Of a stretch of DNA of 64,000 bases, positions 10,629-20,663 are shown piece after piece. The stretch comes from an uncultured bacterium (lineage in GTDB: Bacteria; Acidobacteriota; HRBIN11; JAKEFK01). Every line of letters starts with the position of its first letter. Position 1 is the stretch's first letter. The stretch spans positions 160,001-224,000 of the forward strand of contig CAVZQN010000011.1 in the NCBI GenBank assembly GCA_963777505.1. Direction: 5' to 3'. The notes under the pieces were generated by a model, which did no database searches, was not told the origin of the DNA, and saw only the letters and a program-made list of their open reading frames with translations. Position numbers and translations under genes: made by a program.

Positions 10629-11225
10629 ATGAAAAACGAAAAAGTGACCCAACATTTGCTTGAAGCGTTGGAAACCGAACTCGGGGGAGTTGAGGTATAC
10701 ACAACAGCGCTTCGCTGCGTGGTGAATAAAGACCTGAAAGAAGAGTGGGAAAAGTATTTAGAAGAAACTCAAAATCATGTTCAAAAAGTCCAGACTTTGT
10801 GTGAAGAGCTAGGAATTGACCCGGAAACAGAGACACCTGGACGGGAGATTGTTCGACATATCGGTGAATCTCTGGTTCAAGCTATGGAAATGGCACTGAG
10901 GGCCGGCGAACCAGAAGCTGCAGAAATTGTGGCCGCTGAATGTGTCGTTCATGCCGAAACTAAAGATCATTTGAATTGGGAACTCATAGGCCAAATTGCT
11001 GAAAAGGCTAAAGGTGACGAGAGAAAAGCTTTAAAAGCAGCCTATGAAGAGATTGAGGATCAGGAAGACGAACACCTCTACCATACAAAAGGATGGGTAC
11101 GAGAACTTCATATTCAGGCTTTAGGTATGCCTGCAGTTCTGCCCCCTCCGGAAGAGGAAAAAGACGTCAAAACAGCGATTGGAGCCGCACGAGCGGAACA
11201 ATCCCGAAAAGAAATGCTTAAATAG
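10629..11225 (+). CDS. Ferritin-like (DUF892/YciF-like) stress protein
   Basis: ExxH motifs (EETQNH, ETKDH, EDEH); SD AAGGAG. Confidence 0.75.
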   Translation: MKNEKVTQHLLEALETELGGVEVYTTALRCVVNKDLKEEWEKYLEETQNHVQKVQTLCEELGIDPETETPGREIVRHIGESLVQAMEMALRAGEPEAAEIVAAECVVHAETKDHLNWELIGQIAEKAKGDERKALKAAYEEIEDQEDEHLYHTKGWVRELHIQALGMPAVLPPPEEEKDVKTAIGAARAEQSRKEMLK

Positions 11226-11304
11226 GATTCCCGACGGGGTGTCGTGTCAAAGACACCCCATAATCCCCCATTTCACTTACCTTACTAGATCCTTCGAATG
11301 CCTC

Positions 11305-11397
11305 TTGATTTGATTTTGTGATTGCGCTAGTATTTCAAATACCTCAAAAAATCATCTCCAGTGAGGCAAGTCTACACCCGGACTTGCCTTTTTTTTA
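11305..11397 (+). ncRNA. Candidate small RNA (promoter TTGATT-17-TAGTAT, about 55-60 nt transcript, intrinsic terminator)
   Basis: -35 at 11305, -10 at 11328; aggcaagtc/gacttgcct hairpin plus T-run at 11364-11397; no ATG in the transcript body. Confidence 0.4.
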
Positions 11398-11449
11398 TGT
11401 ACTGAAGAGTTACCACTAACACTCAGAGACTCTGCGGTAGAATCTTCCG

Positions 11450-12673
11450 ATGAATGTTCGATCGGTTCTTTTTTCGCGCAGCTTTTTGCTCGTCTTTTCT
11501 TCATTCTTTTTTCTTTGGATCAGTTTTGATTTTTTCATCTTGTTTCCATTGTTCATTTTGGAACGCGGTGGAAATTCAGTCGATGTTGGAATTCAGACTG
11601 CCATCTTTTTCTTTCCATCTGTAATTTTGCGTCCTCTTGCAGGATGGTTAACCGATCATACCGGGAGACTCAAAACACTCTGGGCTGGAATTGTTTTCAT
11701 GATTCTTACTTCTTTCGCATTTCTTGCTCTTCCAGGGTCATATCAGGATTTCAAGATTTGGTGCGCCTTGAATTTGTTTTTGCGAGGCCTGGGATTTTCC
11801 GCATTCTATACAGCCTTCTTTACATATACAACGGATCTTGCACCAGTAGAGATTCGCGCACGCATCATTGGTTTGTTTGGCGTATCAGGACTCATAGCAC
11901 ATGGTCTGGCGCCAAGGATTGCGGAAATCGTTTTGAGTCAATGGAAATTCACAGGCTATTTTGTTGCCAGTGGAATACTAGCTACCCTGAGTTTGTTCAT
12001 TGCTTTGTTTCTGCGAGAACAACCTCATGCAAAATCAAAAGGAGAAACTGCACTTCGTTCCCTGCGAAAAGTGACATTCAGCATACGGAATTTCATTGTA
12101 TTGCCAGGAGCGTTTACTTTTGGATTTGCAGTAGCAAGTTTTAATACATTTGGTGCTCCATACTTTCGGAATATTCCTGGAACCAGTGTTGGCTATTTTT
12201 TTCTTGTATATGGATTGATGGCCGGTTTTATCCGCGTTTTGTTTGGAGGCATTGCTGACCGTTACCCAAGATGGAAACTTGTTGCGATCTTTTTCGCCCT
12301 GCAAGGGGTAGGGCTGTTCCTAATTATCTGGGAGCCAATAAAGACGCATTATTTGATTGCTGCATTAATCAGTGGCGCTGCCCATGGAATCCTTTTCCCT
12401 ACCATGGCTGCAATGGCAGTTGATGCCCATCCACCAGAGAATCGGGGCTTGATTACAAGCGTTTTTACGGGAATGCTAGAGCTTGGCTTCTCTATCGGAT
12501 CATACCTATTCGGACTGGCGGTTTCTGGTTTCGGATATCAAGGGATGTTCTCAATCGCGGCTGGCTTTGCAATCCTATTTGCAGGCTATACAGTCGTCGC
12601 GGGGATATTGAGGCCAAAAATAGCCTTAAATACTCCTTATGAAACCGCATTTGACATTGTTGATCCTAAATAA
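11450..12673 (+). CDS. MFS transporter
   Basis: Many TM helices; motif A GWLTDHTGR, repeated as GGIADRYPR. Confidence 0.92.
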   Translation: MNVRSVLFSRSFLLVFSSFFFLWISFDFFILFPLFILERGGNSVDVGIQTAIFFFPSVILRPLAGWLTDHTGRLKTLWAGIVFMILTSFAFLALPGSYQDFKIWCALNLFLRGLGFSAFYTAFFTYTTDLAPVEIRARIIGLFGVSGLIAHGLAPRIAEIVLSQWKFTGYFVASGILATLSLFIALFLREQPHAKSKGETALRSLRKVTFSIRNFIVLPGAFTFGFAVASFNTFGAPYFRNIPGTSVGYFFLVYGLMAGFIRVLFGGIADRYPRWKLVAIFFALQGVGLFLIIWEPIKTHYLIAALISGAAHGILFPTMAAMAVDAHPPENRGLITSVFTGMLELGFSIGSYLFGLAVSGFGYQGMFSIAAGFAILFAGYTVVAGILRPKIALNTPYETAFDIVDPK

Positions 12674-12747
12674 TTAACATATAGGGGTCCGGAAAATATC
12701 TTCCGGCCAATCCCTTTTTGTCTAGGTCCTTCGTCAGGAGGTCTCTC

Positions 12748-12999
12748 ATGGACCAAATGTTTGAATGGAAATCTTCCTTAGGAGATTTCGACATCACGCC
12801 TGATCCGGATTGCATGATGGTATATGTTCAAAGCCATCGTAATTCGGACGTCCCTAAAATGCAGCCGCGCGAAATCCCTTCCTGGTTTTTTGAACCCGAT
12901 ACCATATGGTTCCACTTCGGTGCATCGGATGCCGAAGACAAAGTGACAGCAGGCTCGCGTATAAAAAAACAACTGCTTCAGGAACTTGGTAGGGCTTGA
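12748..12999 (+). CDS. Hypothetical protein (83 aa)
   Basis: SD AGGAGG at 12736; TTGACA-18-TAACAT at 12651-12680; hairpin immediately downstream. Confidence 0.6.
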   Translation: MDQMFEWKSSLGDFDITPDPDCMMVYVQSHRNSDVPKMQPREIPSWFFEPDTIWFHFGASDAEDKVTAGSRIKKQLLQELGRA

Positions 13000-13007
13000 A
13001 CTTATAA

Positions 13008-13040
13008 GCATCGGGAAGGCTTAATAAGTCTTCCCGATGC
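13008..13040 (+). terminator. Hairpin, probable terminator
   Basis: gcatcgggaaggctta/taagtcttcccgatgc stem directly after the stop codon. Confidence 0.55.
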
Positions 13041-13217
13041 CCGCTGCAATTTCTTTTTACCACAAAGTCGCAAAGATGCTCTGTGTCTTTGCGGTTAAAA
13101 AATGCGGGTGAAAAAGACATCGGCGCCCTGCCGGGAGCAGCGGGACGCCGATTTTCCAAGGGAAGTGGAGGGGGACCTACTTGCCTGGTTAGTTGTCCAT
13201 ATAAATCCGAAATATCC

Positions 13218-13673
13218 TCAAAATGTTGTCTCGCTTTTTAAAAGAACTGCTTTTTCCATAGACTCTGTAAAGTCCTGATCCGAGAAGGGTTTCTTGAGAT
13301 ATATATATTTTTCAAGTGCCTCAAGCAGTGGAAACTCCTTTTCTGCCTGGGAAGACATGAATATTACTGGTAGAGGAGCCGAAAAGTATCCTTGTAGAAT
13401 TACAGCTGTTTCAGCACCATTGATATCAGCTTGTCTTGCATCTGGATCTACCAAAAGAATGTCAGGTCGATTTTGTTTCGCTAAATCGATTGCAGTTCGG
13501 GCTGATTCAGTTATTTCAACATCGAAGCCCATATGTTCTAAACGAAGTCGTAAGTCTTCAGCGATAATGGCTTCATCTTCAACAATCAAAACTCGAATGA
13601 ATTTTCCATTGCCATTACCAGAAATTGATTTTGCTATTGAGTTACCATTGTTTGGACCATCAGGGCGGATCAT
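13218..13673 (-). CDS. Single-domain response regulator (REC)
   Basis: VLIVEDE, PDILLVD, YLKKPF; SD AGGAGG before the ATG at 13673. Confidence 0.88.
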   Translation of the reverse strand: MIRPDGPNNGNSIAKSISGNGNGKFIRVLIVEDEAIIAEDLRLRLEHMGFDVEITESARTAIDLAKQNRPDILLVDPDARQADINGAETAVILQGYFSAPLPVIFMSSQAEKEFPLLEALEKYIYLKKPFSDQDFTESMEKAVLLKSETTF

Positions 13674-13805
13674 TGAACGTTTGCCTCCTTTTTGTAATTC
13701 AAACTGGTGCAATAGACGTTTTGCCGCGTATGTAAAGAAAAATGGAGAGAGTGACAACAACCTCCAACAAGCTTCTTACACTGCCTCTGGCCTCTTAAAT
13801 AGCAA

Positions 13806-13821
13806 TGCTAAAGCTCTGCCA
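13806..13821 (-). promoter_or_regulatory. Possible sigma54 -24/-12 promoter for the response regulator
   Basis: TGGCAGAGCTTTAGCA has GG-N10-GC spacing. Confidence 0.35.
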
Positions 13822-13857
13822 GGATATTGTGAGATGTAGTGCCTTCGGTAGTGTCCT

Positions 13858-14154
13858 TCAGCGGTAGGGTCGCCCGTATTGCACGATTTTTCTGATGAGT
13901 TGGACTTTGAGACGGGCGGTCATTTGTGGGCCTAATTCAAGCTCATCAATCTTACTTTCGATGCGCTTGGTAAATGCGGTTCTTGATGAATGATTCATAA
14001 ATTCGCGTTCTCGAATGCTTCCTAAATACTTTATGATCCGCTGTCTCGGTTTCCCTTTAAGCCTGAAACTTTCCACAAGTACGCAATGGACTGAATATCG
14101 CGTAATCTGCGTTTGACTATCCGCAAGTTTTACGCGTTTAAATCGGATAAACAT
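13858..14154 (-). CDS. Small basic protein resembling the N-terminal domain of IS1634-family transposases
   Basis: MFIR...Y...LVESFRLKGKPRQRIIKYLG motif; no DDE domain follows. Confidence 0.5.
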   Translation of the reverse strand: MFIRFKRVKLADSQTQITRYSVHCVLVESFRLKGKPRQRIIKYLGSIREREFMNHSSRTAFTKRIESKIDELELGPQMTARLKVQLIRKIVQYGRPYR

Positions 14155-14224
14155 TCTGTTTTCAATCGCTCACTCAAGTGCCTTTAGGTGAAAAGCGTAT
14201 AATAAAGTCGTTCCAAGTAAAGTC

Positions 14225-17200
14225 ATGCCCATCAAAAATAAGAAAACAAAAAAAAAGTCTGACGTCAGAATAAACAGTAAACCACAGGAAGGCAAAGAAC
14301 CAAAAAGTAATAGGTTTCCGATTGTTGGTGTCGGAGCTTCTGCCGGTGGTCTTGAGGCATTTTCTCAATTTCTAAAAGGGCTTCCAGCCGATACCGATAT
14401 GGCATTTGTGTTTGTACAGCATCAGGACCCGAAACATGAAAGCGCGTTGCCGCATCTTTTGAAAAAAGTCTCAAAACTTCCTGTTGACGAAGCTGAAAAT
14501 GGGATGATCGTTGAGCGAAACCGTGTTTATGTTATTCCTCCAAATACAAATATGACGATTGAACGAGGTTATCTTCGTTTGAATCGGCGGGATGCACTAA
14601 GGCCGCATCTACCGATTGATTCCTTTTTTCATTCGTTAGCTGAATATTCAAAGGAGAAAGCGATTGGAGTTATTTTATCCGGTACAGCTTCGGATGGGAC
14701 TCTTGGTTTAAAAGCAATCAAAGATGCTAACGGAATTACATTCGTTCAAGATGAAATAACTGCGAAATATGACGGCATGCCCAGAAGTGCAATTACTGCA
14801 GGTGTTGTAGATTTTGTTCTTCCCCCAGATCAAATAGCCAAGGAAATTGCAAGAATTGGCACGCATCCTTTTGTAAAAACCGAACTGGATGAAGCACTTG
14901 CCAAAGGGCCTGACCATCTGAATGCTATTTTACAACTTGTCCGAAAATCCACAGGCGTGGATTTCAGTCAATATAAGCAGACCACAGTGATGCGGCGAAT
15001 TACGCGGCGTATGCTGCTTCAAAAGATGGATGATATGAAATCGTATTCGGATCATTTAAGACTGAATCCACAGGAAATTGGGGCTCTCTATGAAGATATC
15101 CTCATCAATGTCACAAGTTTTTTCAGGGACCCTGATACGTTTGAAATTTTGAAGACTGAGATTTTTCCGAAAATGTTCAAAAAAACAGGCCCTCGATCTA
15201 TCCGAATTTGGGTTCCTGGATGCTCAACAGGAGAGGAACCTTATTCAATCGCAATTGCTCTGATTGAATACCTTGGAGAACAATCTCCCGGCGCAGAGGT
15301 CCAAATTTTTGCAACAGATATTAGTGAGGCTGCAATTGAAAAAGCTCGCACGGGTATTTTCTCGTATGACATTATCAACGATGTCCGTACGGATCGGTTA
15401 AGGCGATTTTTTGCGAAAACCGAGCACGGTTATCAGGTCCATAAAATGATCCGTGATATGTGCGTTTTTGCCAAACACAATATTGCAAAAGATCCGCCAT
15501 TTTCCAAATTGGATTTAATTAGTTGTAGAAATCTTTTGATTTATTTTGGACCTCATCTTCAGAAAAGGATCATTCCTGTTTTCCATTATGCGCTCAATGG
15601 TAACGGTTATTTGCTGCTGGGTGATACAGAATCGATCGGCGGATTTGGAGATTATTTTTATCCCGGAGATAAGAGATTCAAGATCTTTCTCAAAAAACCG
15701 GTTCCAACAAGAATCCACTATGATACCGACCATTTTTCAAGAGCTCCTGCAATGGCTGAAGCTACAATAAAACATTTACATGAGCCTCCAACAGAGAAGG
15801 ATGTCCTCAAAGAAGGCGATCGTCTCATTCTGTCAAGATTCGCGCCCGCTTCCGTACTCGTGAATGAAGATCTTCAGATTTTACAATTTAGAGGCCGGAC
15901 AGGCCCTTATCTGGAACCGACCCCAGGCACGGCCAGTTTGAATTTACTCAAAATGGCAAAAGAAGGGATCGTGATGGAAGTTCGCTCCGTATTTCTTCAG
16001 GCTAAGAAGGAAAATATTCCGGTTCAGAGAAGAAATGTTTCGTATCAAGTGGATGGTGAACGGCGCATTGTAAATCTAGAAGTTATTCCTTTTCAACCGG
16101 GACATTCCTCGGATCGCTTTTTTCTGATTCTGTTTGATCCCGTTGTACTCAATAAAAACGCGACGAAAGAACCTGAAAGGAAAAAGACTATAAAACAAAA
16201 ATCTTCAGGTGAAGCCGAATTATTGAGAAGTGAACTTGCGGCAACAAAAGATTATTTGCAATCGATTATCGAAGAACAAGAAGCGACAAATGAAGAATTA
16301 AGAGCAGCAAATGAAGAAATCCTTTCGAGCAACGAAGAGTTGCAGAGTACCAATGAAGAAATGGAAACAGCAAAGGAGGAACTTCAATCTTCGAATGAAG
16401 AATTGACTACGGTTAATGAAGAACTCCAGATCCGGAATACTGAGTTGAACATGGCCAATAATGATGTCAGCAATTTGATTTCCTCGACTCAAATTCCGAT
16501 TGTAATGGTCGGCTCCGACATGCGTATTCGTCGATTTACACCTCCTGCAGAAAAAATTATGAAGTTGATCGTATCAGATGTGGGCCGAATGATCACAGAT
16601 ATAAGTTTAGAAATAACTCCGGCAAAACTGGAAGAATGGATCACCGATGTGATTGATAATATTCGGATCAAGGAAGTTGAAGTCCAGGATCGATCTGGCC
16701 GTTGGTACGAACTGGTGATTCGGCCTTATAAGACTTCAGACAATAAGATTGAGGGAGCCGTGCTTGCGATGATCGACATTGATGCTCTCAAAAGGGATGT
16801 GAACGAATTTCAAAAATATCAGCACTATTGCGAAGCTATCGTGAATTTCCTGGATGCGCCTATCGTTTTGTTAAATGATCAACTAAAAGTAAAAATGGTA
16901 AATCGAAGTTTTTATGAACAGTTTAAGGCTTCACCGGACGAAACGATCAATCGAGATTTTTATGCTCTCGGCAACGGGCAATGGAATATTAAAGATCTTC
17001 GTCAATTACTCCACCAAATCCTTCCGAAAAAAGCGGTGATTGAGAATTATCCTATAGAACATACTTTCGATCACATTGGAAAAAAGCGCTTTTATATTAG
17101 TGCGCGGAGAATTGATTTAAGCGAAATCAACGAACATTTGATTTTGATCGAAATTACAACCCAGCCTTCTGAAAGAAAATCAAAACGGAAACACTCGTAA
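14225..17200 (+). CDS. CheB-CheR-coiled coil-PAS fusion protein
   Basis: GASAGG/QH/GTASDG (CheB triad), WVPGCSTGEEPYS, DLISCRNLLIY, NEELQSTNEE repeats, PAS_10. Confidence 0.93.
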   Translation: MPIKNKKTKKKSDVRINSKPQEGKEPKSNRFPIVGVGASAGGLEAFSQFLKGLPADTDMAFVFVQHQDPKHESALPHLLKKVSKLPVDEAENGMIVERNRVYVIPPNTNMTIERGYLRLNRRDALRPHLPIDSFFHSLAEYSKEKAIGVILSGTASDGTLGLKAIKDANGITFVQDEITAKYDGMPRSAITAGVVDFVLPPDQIAKEIARIGTHPFVKTELDEALAKGPDHLNAILQLVRKSTGVDFSQYKQTTVMRRITRRMLLQKMDDMKSYSDHLRLNPQEIGALYEDILINVTSFFRDPDTFEILKTEIFPKMFKKTGPRSIRIWVPGCSTGEEPYSIAIALIEYLGEQSPGAEVQIFATDISEAAIEKARTGIFSYDIINDVRTDRLRRFFAKTEHGYQVHKMIRDMCVFAKHNIAKDPPFSKLDLISCRNLLIYFGPHLQKRIIPVFHYALNGNGYLLLGDTESIGGFGDYFYPGDKRFKIFLKKPVPTRIHYDTDHFSRAPAMAEATIKHLHEPPTEKDVLKEGDRLILSRFAPASVLVNEDLQILQFRGRTGPYLEPTPGTASLNLLKMAKEGIVMEVRSVFLQAKKENIPVQRRNVSYQVDGERRIVNLEVIPFQPGHSSDRFFLILFDPVVLNKNATKEPERKKTIKQKSSGEAELLRSELAATKDYLQSIIEEQEATNEELRAANEEILSSNEELQSTNEEMETAKEELQSSNEELTTVNEELQIRNTELNMANNDVSNLISSTQIPIVMVGSDMRIRRFTPPAEKIMKLIVSDVGRMITDISLEITPAKLEEWITDVIDNIRIKEVEVQDRSGRWYELVIRPYKTSDNKIEGAVLAMIDIDALKRDVNEFQKYQHYCEAIVNFLDAPIVLLNDQLKVKMVNRSFYEQFKASPDETINRDFYALGNGQWNIKDLRQLLHQILPKKAVIENYPIEHTFDHIGKKRFYISARRIDLSEINEHLILIEITTQPSERKSKRKHS

Positions 17201-17270
17201 TAGCCTTCGGACTTTCACTCGTATAGCAGACCTCATCAAACAGCCATATATTCCCAGAAGAGGATTTTAG

Positions 17271-18440
17271 ATGGCAAATCGCGATATCGTGGTCATTGGA
17301 GCTTCAGCAGGAGGGGTGGATGCATTGCGAAAGTTGGTAGCTCAACTTCCAAAAGACGTTCGAGCGTCTATCTTTGTGGTTTTACACGTATCTGCACATT
17401 TGCCAAGTCACCTTCCACAGATTCTGCGGAATTCAGCTAAAATTCCCGCTGAACATGCTAAAGATGGTGTCAAAAATAGAACCCGGTAGAATTTATATTG
17501 CGCCGCCCGATCATCATATGTTTTTGCAGGAGGAAGGTGTCAGGGTTGTTCGTGGTCCGAAAGAAAATCGGCACCGTCCGGCTATAGATCCGCTATTCCG
17601 TTCTGCGGCATACGCATACGGTCCCAGAGTAATTGGAATTCTCTTGTCTGGAAATTTAGATGATGGTACTGCGGGCTTTATCGCTATAAAACAAGCTGGC
17701 GGAATTTTGATGGTCCAATCCCCGGAAGATGCAGCTTATCCTGAGATGCCTATGAATGCTGCAAGAACTGTTGGTGTGGATCATATCCTTCCTCTATCAG
17801 AACTTGTTGAGCAGCTCCTAAAAATTATTAATCAAGACCTGCCCGATTCCTCCTTAAAACCTTCAGCCGGTGCAAAAGAAGAACTTGAAGAAAAAAAGAG
17901 TGAATTCGATCTTGAAGCCATTTCCAGGGATGAAGGTTGGGGGTGCCATCGGTTTATGCTTGTCCGGACTGTAAAGGTGTTCTTTTTGAAATCAAGGAAG
18001 AAGAATTTGTTCGCTTTCGATGCCGGGTAGGACATGCATACTCACCCGAAAGTTTGGCGATTCAGCAAGGAGAAGTGATTGAGGAGGCATTGTGGACGGC
18101 ATTAACAACTCTTGAAGAGCGTGCAAGTTTTTTGCGAAAAATGACGTCAGGATTACACACCAAGAAATATCCAACAACCTTAAGTATCCATGAAAAAAGA
18201 TTGAAAGATGTTGAAGAAGCAGCGGCAATTCGAAAAATTCTATTAGATTCTGAGCATTATTCCGGTTTAAGACCCACCGAAAAAGAATTAGACTCGAAAA
18301 CAAGTTACGTCCAGCGTGACAATTGCCTTTCAGAAAGTGACATCAGATTTGCGAAAATCTCGATAGTACACTTAGCCAAATACGATCAAACTGGAATAGA
18401 ACAATTACTTGAGGTGAACAATGAAATCTACATGCTCTGA
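17271..18440 (+). CDS. cheB: Stand-alone CheB methylesterase with C-terminal CPDC...FRCRVGH zinc-type domain; two frameshifts (about 17475 and 17940); 3' end uncertain
   Basis: IVVIGASAGG, RPAIDPLFRSAA, GNLDDGTAG spread over three overlapping ORFs broken at homopolymer runs. Confidence 0.75.
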
Positions 18441-18852
18441 AATTATGACCAGTGAAGTCGTAGTCGTTTCTTCAACCGATACAGTTCAAAAAGCTGCAGA
18501 ACTGATGAAGCAGCATGACATTGGACCGCTGCCTGTTGTTGAAGATGAAGCATCAAGAAAGCTGATCGGAATCATTACAGATAGAGATATTGTGATAAAC
18601 GTTTTAGCGCAGAAAAAGGATGCATCAAAAACGCGAGTATCGGAAGCCATGACTTCGAGTCTTGTAACCTGCCGTGAATCGGAATCTTTAAACGAAGCCC
18701 TGGAGAAAATGAGCAGTTATCAAGTGCGCCGGATTCCAGTTGTTGATGAAAACAATCGGATCGTTGGAATTATTGCTCAGGCTGATATTGCAACCAGAAT
18801 TGAGAATCCGGAAGTTGCGGGCGAAGTCGTCCAGGAAGTTTCGAAGGAATAA
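18421..18852 (+). CDS. CBS domain protein
   Basis: Two CBS repeats (LIGIITDRDI, VRRIPVVD...VGIIAQAD); SD GAGGTG. Confidence 0.93.
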   Translation: MKSTCSEIMTSEVVVVSSTDTVQKAAELMKQHDIGPLPVVEDEASRKLIGIITDRDIVINVLAQKKDASKTRVSEAMTSSLVTCRESESLNEALEKMSSYQVRRIPVVDENNRIVGIIAQADIATRIENPEVAGEVVQEVSKE

Positions 18853-18868
18853 TCTGGCGTTTTTGCGG

Positions 18869-19828
18869 TTAAACAATTCCGCTCAAATCAACACGTTTTT
18901 TGCCGAGTACTGGTTTCCAGAGATCGCCGACTTTTTTTAAACGTGCAGGAACGGTGTCAATGCGAAAAGCTTCCATATCGACGCCCGCTTCAATTTCTTC
19001 CCATGTTACGGGTGTTGATACTGTTGCGCGGGGAGTGGGGCGGATTGAGTAAATCGAAGAAAGTGTGCTGCCCCATCTGTTTTGATTGTAATCAACAAGT
19101 ACATGTTTTGGTGGACGCTTTTCCTTACGATACTCTGCCGTGAGCAATTTCGGATGCAAATCTGCAAGAATTTGCGCCATTGTTTTAGCCACAGTCCAAA
19201 CATCCTTTTGAATCGGTCCTCGCTCGATTGGAACATATATATGAATTCCGCGTGAACCGGTGGTCTTTGCAAAATTTGGAAGCTTGTATGAACTCAATAA
19301 TTCGTGAACAGCTAATGCTGCATCACGCATATGCGAAAATTCTGCGCCCGGCGTTGGATCTAAATCAAAGTGTAAAAAATCGGGACGATTATAATCATCC
19401 TGTCGCGCATACCAGGGATTTAAATCAATGCAGCCCAGGTTAATCAACCACATCAGTGAAGCCAAATCTTGAATGACAGGGAAGTCAATAATATTTCCTG
19501 ATCCATGAACGATTTCGCATGTTTCAATCCAATCAGGACGCGGCACTGGAGCGCGCTTCATGTAAAAAAAGTCAGCTTCAGCTCCGTTCGGATAGCGTTT
19601 CATTACCATCGGGCGATCTTGAATGTGTGGCAAAAGATATTTTGAAACGTCTGCATAATACTGAAGCAGATCCCCCTTCGTAATATGAAGTTTTTTCCAG
19701 AAAATTTTGTTCAGATTCGTAACTCGAACGCTTCTTCCATTGACGAGTAATTCGGTATTTTCCGAGTCTCTTGGAATGACCAATTGTCGCGATGCCTTTC
19801 CCTTGGATAATGACCGTTTTGCTGGCAT
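18869..19828 (-). CDS. ligD: LigD polymerase-domain (AEP primase-polymerase) stand-alone protein
   Basis: KRYPNG, FDLDP, KTTGSRGIHIYVP, VDYNQN, YSIRP...VSTPVTWEE. Confidence 0.88.
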   Translation of the reverse strand: MPAKRSLSKGKASRQLVIPRDSENTELLVNGRSVRVTNLNKIFWKKLHITKGDLLQYYADVSKYLLPHIQDRPMVMKRYPNGAEADFFYMKRAPVPRPDWIETCEIVHGSGNIIDFPVIQDLASLMWLINLGCIDLNPWYARQDDYNRPDFLHFDLDPTPGAEFSHMRDAALAVHELLSSYKLPNFAKTTGSRGIHIYVPIERGPIQKDVWTVAKTMAQILADLHPKLLTAEYRKEKRPPKHVLVDYNQNRWGSTLSSIYSIRPTPRATVSTPVTWEEIEAGVDMEAFRIDTVPARLKKVGDLWKPVLGKKRVDLSGIV

Positions 19829-19846
19829 GTATTAAACTTAGAGTGT

Positions 19847-20569
19847 ATGGAACAACGCCGCAAAAGGAAAGTTAGAGATCCTGAAGTCGATCGTGTCATT
19901 TTGTCCTTATGGAATGTCATTGATGATCTTGAGCGGCTATTGCCATCTCAGTCCCGTTGGTATCGGGTTACTATTTTTGGAAGCAGCCGGATTGCGCGGG
20001 GTGATGCACTTTTTGAGACTGCAAAAGATATTGCGTTTCAGTTAACTCATCTTGGTTGCGATATTGTGACAGGCGGTGGTCCGGGCTTGATGGAAGCAGC
20101 CAATGAAGGAGCCCAGGCTGGAGATTTAGCCGGCAAAACAATGTCATATGGTTTGCATATTGAATTGCCCTATGAATACGAGCCGAACAAGTATCTGGAT
20201 ACAGTGGCTACTCATAGAACATTTTTTTCGCGATTGCATCATTTTGTCCGTCTTTCTCACGCGTACATAGTCTTACCTGGAGGGATCGGAACATCGCTTG
20301 AAACCTTTATGATCTGGCAGCTACTTCAAGTCGGATATTTGCAGGATCGCCCTCTTATTTTGCTGGGTGAAATGTGGCATGGTTTAGTTGAATGGATGCG
20401 TAAGGAGATGATTTCTCGTGGGGTTCTGAATCTGGATGAACTGGCTATTCCCACGGTTGTTGAAAGCGTGGAAGAGGCGGTTCAGATCATAAAGGCCCAT
20501 AAGGCAAAATGGGATCAAACGATGCAGACCGCTGCCGGTGCAACTTCTAAAAAATTAGGTGTACAATAG
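19847..20569 (+). CDS. LOG/SLOG family (lysine decarboxylase-like) protein
   Basis: VTIFGSSR, TGGGPGLMEAANEGA, PGGIGTSLE. Confidence 0.9.
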   Translation: MEQRRKRKVRDPEVDRVILSLWNVIDDLERLLPSQSRWYRVTIFGSSRIARGDALFETAKDIAFQLTHLGCDIVTGGGPGLMEAANEGAQAGDLAGKTMSYGLHIELPYEYEPNKYLDTVATHRTFFSRLHHFVRLSHAYIVLPGGIGTSLETFMIWQLLQVGYLQDRPLILLGEMWHGLVEWMRKEMISRGVLNLDELAIPTVVESVEEAVQIIKAHKAKWDQTMQTAAGATSKKLGVQ

Positions 20570-20663
20570 AGTCGGGTGAACGTTTGTCGTACTATGAATC
20601 TCGCAAAGACGCAAATACGATAAAGCGCGGCGAGAGATTTTTGATACTGGAGGTTTTTTGGGG

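Noticed and set aside
13294-13839. 181-aa plus-strand ORF
   Set aside because: Shadow of the response regulator; no motifs or RBS
14225-18440. Chemotaxis operon
   Set aside because: No cheA, cheW or MCP genes; the architecture is the non-chemotactic CheB/CheR fusion type
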